Assembly (NCBI GenBank): GCA_964643685.1
Contig: CAZXTN010000001.1
Coordinates: 34,967-98,966 of the forward strand
Direction of reading: 5' to 3'
From: Candidatus Micrarchaeota archaeon
GTDB taxonomy: Archaea > B1Sed10-29 > JAJRYS01
DNA length: 64,000 nucleotides
The notes beneath the pieces are model-generated. The model was not told the DNA's origin. It saw only the letters and a list, made by a program, of their open reading frames with translations, and made no database searches. A program made the position numbers and the translations under genes. Of this stretch, positions 1-10,395 are shown one piece after another (within the stretch, counting starts at the first letter, position 1; each line of letters opens with the position of its first letter).

Positions 1-744
1 TCATTTACGCATGTAACAAACTGCCAGCAAGATCAAACAGGAGTGATAACCTGCGACTCCACGCCACAAGCACTTGAAAAACAAGAAATAGAATCACTGT
101 CCCTCCTAAAACCGCTTAAAACAAATTACATATTAATAGACAAAGAAATAGTAGCAGGAAGCACAGGTGGAAAATACGGAGCATTAAAAAGAATAGCTGG
201 AATAGAAACAGGATGCATACAAGAATTCACATGCAAACAGCAAGAAGATACAGTTGCATGCAATTTAGGTTACATAAACACTCAAAATGGACAGGAGGGA
301 ATTTACTTCAAATTCACGCAACAGCAATGGAATCAATTGACAAACATAACCTGGCCAGGAGTAACAATAAACATGCCAGTAATAACAAGCAGTGGACAGG
401 CAGTTGGGCAAATACCAACAAGGTACTTTGCTAAAAACATGAACTACAGCGGAAAAACACTTTACGCAACAGCCTTAAACTGCGGAAATTACTTCTTCAG
501 CGAACATGGTGCAAACCCAAACGCGCCTGCTCTCTATTCATTTGAAATGAGACTGTTCTTCAACGACCCTTCATTAAAACACGTGACAAAAGTTTATGAT
601 GACGGGTGGAACGTGATATACCAAGTAAACTGGAATGGAATACCCGACCCTGAAAAATACGACACTTGGACAAAAACACACTCTGTGCTTTGTACAGGAG
701 CAGCTGAAAAAATCTGCGAACAAAACCCAATTCAAACAAATTAA
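1..744 (+). CDS. Hypothetical Cys-containing secreted/surface protein, probably 5'-partial (frame open to window start; first Met at 43)
   Basis: ORF 43..744 has no upstream in-frame stop back to position 1. Composition is N/T/Q-rich with several N-x-S/T sequons. No recognisable catalytic motif. Confidence 0.45.
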   Translation, partial: SFTHVTNCQQDQTGVITCDSTPQALEKQEIESLSLLKPLKTNYILIDKEIVAGSTGGKYGALKRIAGIETGCIQEFTCKQQEDTVACNLGYINTQNGQEGIYFKFTQQQWNQLTNITWPGVTINMPVITSSGQAVGQIPTRYFAKNMNYSGKTLYATALNCGNYFFSEHGANPNAPALYSFEMRLFFNDPSLKHVTKVYDDGWNVIYQVNWNGIPDPEKYDTWTKTHSVLCTGAAEKICEQNPIQTN

Positions 745-753
745 AAAAAAAGA

Positions 754-1791
754 GTGCTTAAAATGTATGAGAGGATAATAATTTCAACTGGAGTGACAGC
801 TTTAACAGTACTATTACTAACACCTAAACTAATCAATAAGTTCAAATTAATTGGTTTGATTGGAATAGACCAAGCTAAGAAAGGAAAGCCAATAGTAGCT
901 GAGTCAGGCGGAACAGCAGTCGCAGCAGGGTTCTTCGCAGGCATAATGACTTACCTTGCAATAACAACATTCGCCATGCCAACACAAATAAACATAACAA
1001 TTCTCCTCGCAGCGCTTGTAACAGTGCAAACAATAGCTTTAATCGGATTCTTCGACGACATAATAACCAAAAAAACACTCACAAAAGACATACACGGAGA
1101 CAAAAACTACAGAATAGGCTTAAGGCAAAAAACAAAAGCACTCCTCGTCCTCCCAGCAGCTATTCCATTAATGGTAATCAATGCAGGACACTCTACAATG
1201 GCAATTCCATTCATAGGCATCATCAACTTCGGCATAATCTACCCATTAATACTAATACCCATTGGAGTACTTTGCGTAGCAAACGCAGTAAACATGCTCG
1301 CTGGACTCAACGGCTTAGAAACAGGAATGACAACAATAGCATTGACATCAATGGGCATCTACGCTTACTTGAACAACGCAATAGAAGCAAGCATAATAGC
1401 ATTCATAGGAGCAACAGCCTTCCTATCCTTCCTATACTACAACAAATACCCAGCAAAAGTATTCCCAGGGGACACAGGAACATACCTCGCAGGAGCACTA
1501 ATAGCAACAGTGACAATAACAGGAAACATGGAAAAATTCGCAATCATAATATTCACACCATGGATAATAGAAGCATTCATAAAACTCAAAACAAAATTCA
1601 AAGGAACAAGCTTCGGAAAACTAACAAAACAAGGACACCTCAAACCAAAAAACAACAAAACAGAATCACTAACACACGTGATAATGAACAGCGGAGATTA
1701 CACAGAAAAACAAGTCGTCTGGATATTCTGGCTAATAGAAGCAGCAATAGCAACAACAGCACTCATACTATGGAATACAGGGATAATTTAA
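754..1791 (+). CDS. UDP-HexNAc:polyprenyl-phosphate HexNAc-1-phosphate transferase (glycosyltransferase family 4, AglH/WecA/MraY-like)
   Basis: Polytopic membrane protein with DDxxT-like 'FFDDIITKK' and the family-typical 'NAVNMLAGLNGLETG' (NxxNxxDGxDGL-like) motif. Confidence 0.8.
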   Translation: MLKMYERIIISTGVTALTVLLLTPKLINKFKLIGLIGIDQAKKGKPIVAESGGTAVAAGFFAGIMTYLAITTFAMPTQINITILLAALVTVQTIALIGFFDDIITKKTLTKDIHGDKNYRIGLRQKTKALLVLPAAIPLMVINAGHSTMAIPFIGIINFGIIYPLILIPIGVLCVANAVNMLAGLNGLETGMTTIALTSMGIYAYLNNAIEASIIAFIGATAFLSFLYYNKYPAKVFPGDTGTYLAGALIATVTITGNMEKFAIIIFTPWIIEAFIKLKTKFKGTSFGKLTKQGHLKPKNNKTESLTHVIMNSGDYTEKQVVWIFWLIEAAIATTALILWNTGII

Positions 1792-1805
1792 AAGGATGTT
1801 AATAA

Positions 1806-2972
1806 ATGAAACTTCTTTATTTAGTACCTAAATTTGATATTTGTTATAATGAAAAAGGTTCAGCTGCAAAGCCCCATGGGGGAACTTCACATGCAAGAGG
1901 ATTCATATTCAATATAGCTAACTACTTTGAAGAAGTTCACGTTATTTGCAAAAAAGAAGGGAAAGGAAGAAACAAAATAAAAAAAGGTAATGTTACAATA
2001 CACAGAATTAACTTTTCAAACATAAAAGGAAACAAGACAAACCCCATATCTGCAATTATTAAAACATTTAAATATGCAAGACAGTTAGATAAAAAAAATA
2101 ATTTTGAAGTAATTTATGAAAGAGAGGAGTTCACTTCAGGAGCAGGTTCTCTTTTGAAATTGCTTAATTTTAAAAAAAAGCTAATTCTTGAAGTCAACAG
2201 CCCGCATGTCTCAGAAGCAGTTTGGAGAGGAGACTTGCCAAAAATTGCTTCTTTTCTGTTCAGAGCAATAGAAGAATTGCAATTTTTAATAGCAGATAGG
2301 ATAATAACAACAATACCTTCTCTTGTCCCAAAATGGGCAGTTAAAAAAACATTCCTCACAGAATGGAGCGGTGGGGAAAACATAAAACTAGTAAAAATGA
2401 AAAAGAGCAAAGGAAAAAAACTTGTCTTGTTCATAGGTTCTATGAGTTACTGGCACGGGGCTTACTTCTTTGCAAAAGCGGCTAAAAGAATACTGAAAAA
2501 AAGAAAAGATGTAAAATTTGTATTAATAGGAAAAGGAAGAGAATTTGAAAAAATAAAAAAAGAAATCAGAGGATTTGAAAAAAACATCATATTAACAGGA
2601 GGGGTAGATGATTCAAAAATTTCAGAATACTTGCAATTAGCAGACATATGCGTTGCTCCATTTGAATCAAAAAAATATCCTCCTTTGAAAAAATACGGCT
2701 TCTACTGGTCTCCAATAAAACTATGGGATTATATGAAAGCTGGAAAACCAATAATCTCATCAAAAATAGCAAAGAGAATAGTTGATGAAAAGATAGGGCT
2801 TACTTTCAAAGAGGGGGATTTGAAGGATTTTGAAAACAAAATAATTTATCTAATTGAAAACGAAGAATTAAGAAAAAGGATGAGCAAAGAAGCTCAAAAA
2901 AAATGGAAAGAAAACAATTGGAAAGAACACACAAAGAAAATTTACAAAAAAGTAATTAAAAAATTGGTTTAA
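1806..2972 (+). CDS. Glycosyltransferase, GT-B fold (family 1/4-like)
   Basis: C-terminal region resembles GT1 ('GKPIISSKIAKRIVDEKIGLTFKEGDLKDFENKIIYLIENEELRKRMSKEA'). Lies in the glycan cluster. Assignment from weak motif similarity only. Confidence 0.5.
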   Translation: MKLLYLVPKFDICYNEKGSAAKPHGGTSHARGFIFNIANYFEEVHVICKKEGKGRNKIKKGNVTIHRINFSNIKGNKTNPISAIIKTFKYARQLDKKNNFEVIYEREEFTSGAGSLLKLLNFKKKLILEVNSPHVSEAVWRGDLPKIASFLFRAIEELQFLIADRIITTIPSLVPKWAVKKTFLTEWSGGENIKLVKMKKSKGKKLVLFIGSMSYWHGAYFFAKAAKRILKKRKDVKFVLIGKGREFEKIKKEIRGFEKNIILTGGVDDSKISEYLQLADICVAPFESKKYPPLKKYGFYWSPIKLWDYMKAGKPIISSKIAKRIVDEKIGLTFKEGDLKDFENKIIYLIENEELRKRMSKEAQKKWKENNWKEHTKKIYKKVIKKLV

Positions 2973-3781
2973 GAGGTTGGATGTAAGTCGTGAAGTGAAA
3001 CTCCTTTATACTTCTCATTCTTTTTTATTGTTGTTTCAAGCAGTTCCATTTCGACACCAAGCTCTTTTGCCTTAAACAAAAGTGCTTTTGAATCTTTTGG
3101 CAAGCATGTTCCACCATAGCCTCTTGGACCACCACGAGCATGCCAAGGAGTAACCCTTTTATCTAAATCAAAAAACAAGTTGAATGCACTTGAATCATAA
3201 TTTATTCCAAGCTTTTCAGCTAAATCCTCTAGCTCAGAACACCATATTCTCTTAACTGCAAAAGAACTATTCTCCACATACTTTGCAAACTCAGCTTCTT
3301 TTGCACTGCACGTGATTATTCTTTGAGTAGGATTTATGAATTTCCTAATAAATTCAGATGCTTTTAAAGTGCTTTTCTTATCTCCACCAAAAATGAAAAA
3401 ATCTTGTTGTAAAAAAGACTTCCCTGCTATCGGATGATTAGCTGTTTCGCCATAATACTCAGGGCTAAAAACAATATTCTTATTAGGATACTTCTCAGCC
3501 AACTTATCAACAGTCCCTATCTTAATAGTCGAACCAATAACAATTAAGGGAGTATCAAGCCAACTTATCACTTCTTCAACTATTGAAGTATTACAATCTC
3601 CATTTTCTAAATCTGGAGTGGGAACACAAACAAAAGAAACATCACATTTATTAATTTCATCTTTTGAACCTATCCCTTTAGGTCCATCATAAGAAAAAAC
3701 AGTTACCTTTGGATTTTTCTCAAAAGACTCTTTAATCCAACTTCCCAAATGGCCTATTCCAACAATACCTACCTTCATCAA
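2969..3781 (-). CDS. Nucleotide-sugar (UDP-glucose/UDP-ManNAc) 6-dehydrogenase family protein, unusually short (270 aa)
   Basis: N-terminal Rossmann 'KVGIVGIGHLG' and the catalytic-cysteine motif 'GGTCLPKD' (cf. GGSCFPKD of Ugd/WecC). Ends about 130-150 aa before the usual C-terminal UDP-binding domain. Confidence 0.6.
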   Translation of the reverse strand: MMKVGIVGIGHLGSWIKESFEKNPKVTVFSYDGPKGIGSKDEINKCDVSFVCVPTPDLENGDCNTSIVEEVISWLDTPLIVIGSTIKIGTVDKLAEKYPNKNIVFSPEYYGETANHPIAGKSFLQQDFFIFGGDKKSTLKASEFIRKFINPTQRIITCSAKEAEFAKYVENSSFAVKRIWCSELEDLAEKLGINYDSSAFNLFFDLDKRVTPWHARGGPRGYGGTCLPKDSKALLFKAKELGVEMELLETTIKKNEKYKGVSLHDLHPTS

Positions 3782-3845
3782 AAACCAACCTCCTAAATTA
3801 TAAATTTAATGATTTTTTAAGCTTTAAAAGGATATGCCAACCAAA

Positions 3846-4589
3846 TTATTTAAATACAATTACAGTAAATGAAGGCATGAAAAAGTTAACCAAACCCAGC
3901 TTCTTAAAAAAGGAATAAAAAACACCCTTGATTCCGGTTAAATTATGATATTTAAGAAAATACCTGGAAAAACCAGCTTTTTTACACATCATCATTAAAC
4001 GAGGGTAACTAAATAAAAATTCAAAATCAGATTCTTTGGTTCCTTTTCCTCTTCTTATTCTATTTCTAATATGGCTATGTCCAGTCCAAAAAGCAAGAGT
4101 ATTTGCAGCTGAAAAGTAACCTCCACCTCCCTTTTTTAAAACTCTGCTCATTTCATTAAGCATTTTTTGGGGATTCTTAACATGTTCAAGCACATCAATA
4201 CTGACAACTAAATCAAAAGAACCATCTTCAAATGGAAGATTATCAGCACTTGCCTGTAAAAAAGTTCCTCTTAATTTACCGAATTTAAATCTTTCAATAG
4301 AATAATTAACTAGTTGCTTGTCTACTTCAATTCCAGTTAAAAAAGCACCCTTTCTCACTAATTCAGCAGCAAGCATACCTCTTCCTGAACCAATTTCTAA
4401 AATTTTTTTACCTGTTAAATCTCCAAAATACTTTTCAATCAAATCAGCTGTTTTTTTAACATGCCTTTTGTACCAAGAAACATACTCAGGCTTATTCTCA
4501 TAAGAATTCAAATAATAACTAAGCCAAGTTTCTTCTCCTAATTTGCCCTCTTTTTTTAACTTAGATAGATAATATTTATCAAAATCCAT
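3846..4589 (-). CDS. Class I SAM-dependent methyltransferase
   Basis: Motif I 'ILEIGSGRGMLAAEL', acidic 'GIEVD', and motif III-like 'GSFDLVVSIDVLEHV'. Confidence 0.7.
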   Translation of the reverse strand: MDFDKYYLSKLKKEGKLGEETWLSYYLNSYENKPEYVSWYKRHVKKTADLIEKYFGDLTGKKILEIGSGRGMLAAELVRKGAFLTGIEVDKQLVNYSIERFKFGKLRGTFLQASADNLPFEDGSFDLVVSIDVLEHVKNPQKMLNEMSRVLKKGGGGYFSAANTLAFWTGHSHIRNRIRRGKGTKESDFEFLFSYPRLMMMCKKAGFSRYFLKYHNLTGIKGVFYSFFKKLGLVNFFMPSFTVIVFK

Positions 4590-4634
4590 AAGATCACAAA
4601 CTAAGAATAATAAACAGTAGACATTAATAAATCT

Positions 4635-5537
4635 TTAATTATAAAAAATCAGACTTTTCCAAAAGCCAACTGTTTGAAACAAACCTCTTAAAAATTTTAA
4701 AACAGCAATTGAAAATGAAGAAGTTAAAAAAACAAGGAATAAAAGGTAAGCCAACCAAACAAAAAAAGCCAAAAGAAAATAATGGAAAAAGGCAAAAAAC
4801 AAGCTTAGTAAAGCCAAAAAAGAATTTATAATAATTGGTTTTGAAACCCATCCATAATACTTCAATGTATCAACATACCCCTTACCCCACCACACTTGTT
4901 GCCTAAACAATTGCTTAAGAGACTCTTTTTCATTATGATACCATAAAGCATCATCAGCATAGCCAATTTTAAATCCTCTTTTTTTCATAAGCCTTCCAAG
5001 AATAACTTCATCATGCGCTCTTAAACGAGAATCAAAACCACCTAACTCATCTAAAACTTTTTTTCTAAACAGCCAAGCTGAAATTGGGGTATAATTCTTA
5101 AATTTTTTCTCGCGTTCTAAAAAAGCAGTCTTAGAAAACCATGACTTATCCTTATTAGGGACTATCAAATGCCCAATTGCACCCCCAACCCCCTTTTTAT
5201 TCAAAAGAGGAAGAAGCTTTTCGAGATAATCACCTGCATAATAAGCATCAGCATCAGCTATGAAAACAAAATCGCCAGTAGCTTTTGAAAGAGCATAATT
5301 GATTGCTTTTGCTTTTCCTTTGCTTGGGTTCTTATACAATTGAATTTTTTTTCCGAAAGTTCTTTTCAACACTTCATAAGAATTATCAGTGCTCTTATCA
5401 TCAACACAAATAACCTCCTTATTTTTTATAGTTTGATTTAAAAGAGAATCAACACACCTTACAACCAATTTTTCATAATTAAAAACAGGCACAATAATAG
5501 ATACTTTGCCTATTTTTTTCAAATCTTTTCTTTTCAT
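4635..5537 (-). CDS. Glycosyltransferase family 2 with C-terminal transmembrane segments
   Basis: 'VSIIVPVFNYEKLVVRCVDSLLNQT' and 'EVICVDDKSTDNS' match GT2 (DxD-type). Hydrophobic C-terminus. Confidence 0.75.
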   Translation of the reverse strand: MKRKDLKKIGKVSIIVPVFNYEKLVVRCVDSLLNQTIKNKEVICVDDKSTDNSYEVLKRTFGKKIQLYKNPSKGKAKAINYALSKATGDFVFIADADAYYAGDYLEKLLPLLNKKGVGGAIGHLIVPNKDKSWFSKTAFLEREKKFKNYTPISAWLFRKKVLDELGGFDSRLRAHDEVILGRLMKKRGFKIGYADDALWYHNEKESLKQLFRQQVWWGKGYVDTLKYYGWVSKPIIINSFLALLSLFFAFFHYFLLAFFVWLAYLLFLVFLTSSFSIAVLKFLRGLFQTVGFWKSLIFYN

Positions 5538-5565
5538 AACAAAAACCTATAATCTTTTCAATTAT

Positions 5566-6306
5566 TTAAAACTCAGAATGGTATTTGAACTTAAACTTTT
5601 CGTTTGAAAGAACTTGCTTCAAATTTAAGTAAGTTTTTTCATCAATGCCGTTTCCTGTTTTTTCATCATAACAGTAGTTTTCAACATACCCGTGAAAAAC
5701 AACGTACTTCTCAACATTTTTAATTTGCTCATAAGATGTTTTCTTCACATCTGCGTTTATTTTCAAATTTTTAAGTTTCCTTGTCTCCCCTTTGATTGAA
5801 ACAACTTTGAATCCATTTGATTTTAAAACATCTTCTAAGTACTTATTCCAGCCCCAGCCAGGGGGGTGGAATACTTTTTTATAATTCAAGCCGACTTTTT
5901 CAAACAAGTCAAGAGAAGAGTTGATTCTCTCCTCTGTTTGCTTTTCGTTTAAAAAAGTGAATTCATCTGGGAATGGGTGTTTCAAGCCAAGGTGATAAAA
6001 ACCGTGAACGCCTACTTCAAACAAGTTATTTGAAATGCATTCATTCACCCAGTCAATCCAATCCAAATGCTTATCCAGCCTAAAGGGCTCTCCTTTCCAT
6101 TGATTTGCCTTGTGAAATCCTAAAAATTTGCTAAGCCCTTTTCTAATTTTAGATTGCGATTTATAAACCCAGTTTGGGGTTAAGTAGAAAGTAGCTTTTA
6201 GCTTTGGAAACTCTTCTTTTAATTTGAAGAAATAAAACAAATCCTCTTCAAAACCAAAAGCCTTCTCAGGATGTAAGTCATCAAAATCTAGAAAAAAAGA
6301 ACGCAA
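5566..6306 (-). CDS. Polysaccharide-deacetylase-like (CE4/DUF2334-like) hypothetical protein
   Basis: 'FDDLHP' and 'VGVHGFYH' resemble the Asp and His motifs of NodB-type deacetylases. Context is a glycan cluster. Weak. Confidence 0.35.
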   Translation of the reverse strand: MRSFFLDFDDLHPEKAFGFEEDLFYFFKLKEEFPKLKATFYLTPNWVYKSQSKIRKGLSKFLGFHKANQWKGEPFRLDKHLDWIDWVNECISNNLFEVGVHGFYHLGLKHPFPDEFTFLNEKQTEERINSSLDLFEKVGLNYKKVFHPPGWGWNKYLEDVLKSNGFKVVSIKGETRKLKNLKINADVKKTSYEQIKNVEKYVVFHGYVENYCYDEKTGNGIDEKTYLNLKQVLSNEKFKFKYHSEF

Positions 6307-6309
6307 AAT

Positions 6310-7218
6310 TCAATGCCCCCTGTGTTTTTTACTTTTACCTAGTAAATACTCCCATATCCCAATTGCCATTGCTGGGAAGCTGATTGCTTCAAGCAAGGGA
6401 ATTAAAATCACTCCTTGCGGGTACTGTTTTATCACCCTTAATGAGTAGATAAAGCCTCTTGCCATTGGAATTAATATTAAGGGAAAGAATGGAATTGAAA
6501 AAAAAGCAAGCAGCATTTTAAGCAGGTGAATTTTGTCTTTTGACTTGTTATAATAAAGCATTCCTGTTCTGCCATACCATTTATACCTCTTCCAAACTTC
6601 ACTTAAAGAAGAAGGACCTAGTACAAAATAAGACAGGGATATACTTGATTTTTTGAAGGGATGCTTTTTGAAAATTTTTCTTACTTCCTCTTGAATAAGC
6701 TTATCTTCACCATAACCCAAACTTGAATTTTGAAGTGGAACAAGCTCTTTCTTAAAAATAAACAATCTTGGATTTACAATCCAACGTGAATAATCACGCC
6801 AATAATAAACTTTTTGAATTAATGAAGAAAACTTTGTCAAAGAAAGAGGAATAACTTTAAATTTTATTATTTTCCTTTTTTTCTCCCTTTTAAATTCTTT
6901 TATTATTTTTTCTGTAAACTTTTTTTCAAAAATAGTATCAACATCCGCCAAATGGATAACTTCTCCTATTGCTTTTTTCACTCCAATGTTTCTAGCGTTA
7001 GCTGGACTCCTATACTCACCAGTTTCAAAATACAATTTTACATTCTTGTGCTTTTTCTGGTATTGCTTGATAAACTCAATTGTGCCATCAGTTGAACCAC
7101 CATCAACCAAGACAATCTCCGGCTTGACAGTTTGCTTTTCCAACCTTTTCAAATACTCCTCTATTCTTTTTCTTTCATTGAAAACAGGAGTGATGATAGA
7201 TAAGTTCATAGGAATCAT
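6310..7218 (-). CDS. Glycosyltransferase family 2
   Basis: 'LSIITPVFNERKRIEEYLKRLEKQT' and 'EIVLVDGGSTDGT'. C-terminal TM helices. Confidence 0.75.
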   Translation of the reverse strand: MIPMNLSIITPVFNERKRIEEYLKRLEKQTVKPEIVLVDGGSTDGTIEFIKQYQKKHKNVKLYFETGEYRSPANARNIGVKKAIGEVIHLADVDTIFEKKFTEKIIKEFKREKKRKIIKFKVIPLSLTKFSSLIQKVYYWRDYSRWIVNPRLFIFKKELVPLQNSSLGYGEDKLIQEEVRKIFKKHPFKKSSISLSYFVLGPSSLSEVWKRYKWYGRTGMLYYNKSKDKIHLLKMLLAFFSIPFFPLILIPMARGFIYSLRVIKQYPQGVILIPLLEAISFPAMAIGIWEYLLGKSKKHRGH

Positions 7219-8691
7219 TTATTTTAATTTTTCAATTAATTTCAAATCCTCTTTTGTCAAACCCTTTATTAAAAACAATGCTATGAAATAAAGCAAGGCG
7301 CTTGATGCTATTAAAACCAACCCGTTTATTAAAGAATTTGCTTTTATTACCCTGCTTAAAATGAACAAGGACATGATTATTGAAGCTACTGCTGGTTTCA
7401 AAAGCTGCCTTGTTAAATTTTCAAGAACCTTGGTTGAATTGAACATTAAAAGCATTAACATGTAATTTATTAAAACAAATGAAACTGCTCCTCCTTTTAA
7501 GCCAAAGAAAAAAGACAAAAGAAAAGTTAAAACTATGCCAGTGATAGTCATCGCTGAATAAATTTTAGTTGTTTTTCTAAGCTTGTTTGAAGAAACAAGA
7601 ACAGAAAAAAGGATTTTATTAGCAAATAGGGGGATTAGTGAAAAAGAGAGTATTGAAAGAGGCAAAGCTGCTCCTGTATAAGTAGAGCCGTAAACAAGCT
7701 TGATCATTTTTCCTCCTAGGAGAAACAAGCCGAATACAGCTGGCACTATGAAAATAAAACCATATTTTAAAACTTTTTCAACATATACTTTGAACTTCTT
7801 GCTGTCAGTCAACTTCAAGTTAACAAAGCTTGAGAACACCACTCCGTATGAAATTGGAACAACTGTTAAAACAGCTAAAATCCAGCTAAGCGAAATTTTG
7901 AAGAAAGCAACTTCAGTTGAAGAAGCAAACAAGCCAAGCACGAGCAAAACACCCCAGTTCAAAAAAATGTTTGAAAGAGATATTATTGAAAAACCTAAGA
8001 CATTGGTTAAAACTGGTTTTTTAACCTCCTTTCTTGTTTTTGCTTTTATTTTTTTCAATTCCTTGAATGCAAAAATTGAGATGAATACAACTGCTATGAA
8101 GTAAGCCAATACAACTGAAAAAATTATCCCATTTATTCTAAAGCCATTGAAGAAAAACAGTAACGGAAGGATGATTAAAAAGAAGGAGTTTAGGAATGTT
8201 GCTGCAAGAGAAACTTGATTTTTTTGAATTGCAGTGAAAAAAGATACGAAAAAAGTGAATATTGATGAAAAGATAATTAAGAATGAAGCTATTTGAATTC
8301 CAAGAACAGGAACGGAATAAGCTGATGAAAGCCAATTAGCTGAAAAAAACAAAGCAATCGAAAAAAGAGATGCTATCAATAATTTCAGTTCAAACAGGTA
8401 AAAAACAGTGTTTTTCATTTCTGAATATTTTTTCTCAGCGTAGCTTTTTGAAACAAGACGCACCATCGTGTTGTTAAAACCAGTGCTCACTAACCCAATT
8501 AGAAAGTAAGCGAACCCTAAGGTAATTGACAACTGCCCGAATACAGCTGCGCCTAGGAAGATTGGCAAGGCGATGTTGAAAATCAAATTTGACACAAAGC
8601 CAGAAGCTTCTGCCAAGTAGCCAAACAAGTTTTGTTTCACAAATGAAGATGTAGTGATTTTAGAGGACATGTTAATCATAGTTTCCAGCAA
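7219..8691 (-). CDS. Polysaccharide/oligosaccharide flippase (MOP superfamily, Wzx-like)
   Basis: 490 aa, about 12-14 predicted TM helices, abuts GT genes. Assigned from topology and context, not a sharp motif. Confidence 0.6.
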   Translation of the reverse strand: MLETMINMSSKITTSSFVKQNLFGYLAEASGFVSNLIFNIALPIFLGAAVFGQLSITLGFAYFLIGLVSTGFNNTMVRLVSKSYAEKKYSEMKNTVFYLFELKLLIASLFSIALFFSANWLSSAYSVPVLGIQIASFLIIFSSIFTFFVSFFTAIQKNQVSLAATFLNSFFLIILPLLFFFNGFRINGIIFSVVLAYFIAVVFISIFAFKELKKIKAKTRKEVKKPVLTNVLGFSIISLSNIFLNWGVLLVLGLFASSTEVAFFKISLSWILAVLTVVPISYGVVFSSFVNLKLTDSKKFKVYVEKVLKYGFIFIVPAVFGLFLLGGKMIKLVYGSTYTGAALPLSILSFSLIPLFANKILFSVLVSSNKLRKTTKIYSAMTITGIVLTFLLSFFFGLKGGAVSFVLINYMLMLLMFNSTKVLENLTRQLLKPAVASIIMSLFILSRVIKANSLINGLVLIASSALLYFIALFLIKGLTKEDLKLIEKLK

Positions 8692-9275
8692 TACCCTTTA
8701 TTTTATTATTATAAGTTATTATTGGTTTTAGTTTTAAAAAGTAATCACATATTTCCTTTGTTTTTTCATTGTAGGAATTATATTTATAAGAGCTGAAACA
8801 GAAGTAATCTGCTTTTTCATGCATAAAAGATAAGGGATTAGTTGAATTTAATAACTTGTTGGAAATTCTGTTTGGAACAGGAAGCATTCCAATTAATGTG
8901 CAATTTGTGTAAAAGCCTATTTCAGGGGCAAATGAGAAAACTTTTTTGTTATCAACCACTGGAGAAATTGCATTGAAATAACTGATATCTGTTCAAACGA
9001 GTGATAAACAAAAGCGTAACCAAATGAAGCAAGAACAAGAGAAAGTATGAAAAAGCCTAGAACAGAAAGCCAAAACAGCCTTGAATCAAAAAGCTTTCCA
9101 GCAAAAATAAGAGGCACAAAAACAATCAAATTTTTATACTACTGCTGAGGACGCATTAACTTAACATAATTAAAAAACATGAAAAACCAATCCCCCTTTA
9201 TTCAATTCAATAAAAAGAGATACTTTAATATAAAGCTTTATTCTCTTAATTATTCATAAAAAATGGGTAAAGAAA

Positions 9276-10391
9276 ATGAAAATTTTAATTGTTTCAAAAT
9301 ATTTCAAGCCATTTAAAGGGGGAATTGAAACAGTTGTGTATGAAAACGCTCGTTACTTAGTGCAAAAAGGGCATGAAGTTACTGTAATTGCCTCTGAGCA
9401 TATAAAAGGCTTGAAAAAAGAAGAAATGATTGAAGGAATTAAAGTTGTAAGAAGCAAAACTTTGTTTAATTTAAGCGCTGCTCCAATCAGTCCAGGAATG
9501 TTTCTTAAAATTTTAAAAAGAGAATTTGACATAGGTCAGCTTCACGCTCCAAACCCCTTCAACAATACTCTTGCAGTAATTGCCTTCCTCTTGAAAAGAA
9601 AGCCGTGGGTAGTGACTTACCATTCAGATGTTATTGGAAGAAAAGGAGTGTTTGGGCTGCTGTTTAAAATTTATAAAGATTTGATTCAAATTCCAGTTGT
9701 CTTGGGAAAAGCAAGGCAAGTAATGCCCACTTCCCCTCAGTACATTAAAATTTCAGACACTCTGCCTTTGATTGACAAAAACAAAATAACAATAATTCCA
9801 AATGGAGTTGACTTGTCAAAATTCAAACTGAAAAAAAAGAAAAGAAAAGAAAAAGAAGTATTTTATGTAGGCAGGCTGATTTACTACAAGGGGATTGATG
9901 TTTTAATAAAAGCAATGAAAAAAGTGATTCATGAAATTCCAGATGCTCACTTGTCAATAGGGGGCTCAGGAGAATTAAGAAAAGAGCTTGAAGACCTGGT
10001 TAAAAAAGAAGGACTTGAAAGAAGCATTTCCTTCCTTGGAAGAATTTCAAATGAAGAAATGGAAAAAAGATTCAATGAAAGCACAGTATTCGTGCTTCCT
10101 TCAGTTCACAGGTCAGAAGCTTTCGGCATAGTCATTCTAGAAGCAATGGCTGCAGGCTGCCCAGTAATAACAACAGACATTTCAGGAACAGTATACGCAG
10201 CTGGGAACGCTGGAATAGTTGTGAAAAACAAAAGCGTTGAAGAGCTAGCAGACGCCATTGTAAAAGTTTTGAAAAACAAGAAATTGCAAGAGGAAATGAG
10301 CAGGAAAGGACTTCAACATGTCAAGAAATTCCAATGGAAGAATATTGCAGAGATGACTGAAAAAATTTACAAAAAAGTCTTGGAAAAATAA
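9276..10391 (+). CDS. Glycosyltransferase family 1 (GT4-type, RfaG-like)
   Basis: Canonical 'EAFGIVILEAMAAGCPVITTDISG' E-x7-E region, with the N-terminal 'KILIVSKYFKPFKGGIE' GT-B start. Confidence 0.8.
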   Translation: MKILIVSKYFKPFKGGIETVVYENARYLVQKGHEVTVIASEHIKGLKKEEMIEGIKVVRSKTLFNLSAAPISPGMFLKILKREFDIGQLHAPNPFNNTLAVIAFLLKRKPWVVTYHSDVIGRKGVFGLLFKIYKDLIQIPVVLGKARQVMPTSPQYIKISDTLPLIDKNKITIIPNGVDLSKFKLKKKKRKEKEVFYVGRLIYYKGIDVLIKAMKKVIHEIPDAHLSIGGSGELRKELEDLVKKEGLERSISFLGRISNEEMEKRFNESTVFVLPSVHRSEAFGIVILEAMAAGCPVITTDISGTVYAAGNAGIVVKNKSVEELADAIVKVLKNKKLQEEMSRKGLQHVKKFQWKNIAEMTEKIYKKVLEK

Positions 10392-10395
10392 GAAT

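Noticed and set aside
875-1802. Overlapping or antisense small ORFs inside larger genes (e.g. 875-1078 minus, 1272-1802 plus, 18296-18643 minus, 28045-28629 minus, 32690-33304 minus)
   Set aside because: They are low-complexity Leu/Arg/Lys-rich translations of the opposite or shifted frame of clearly motif-bearing genes. This is typical of AT-rich DNA, and they were not annotated.
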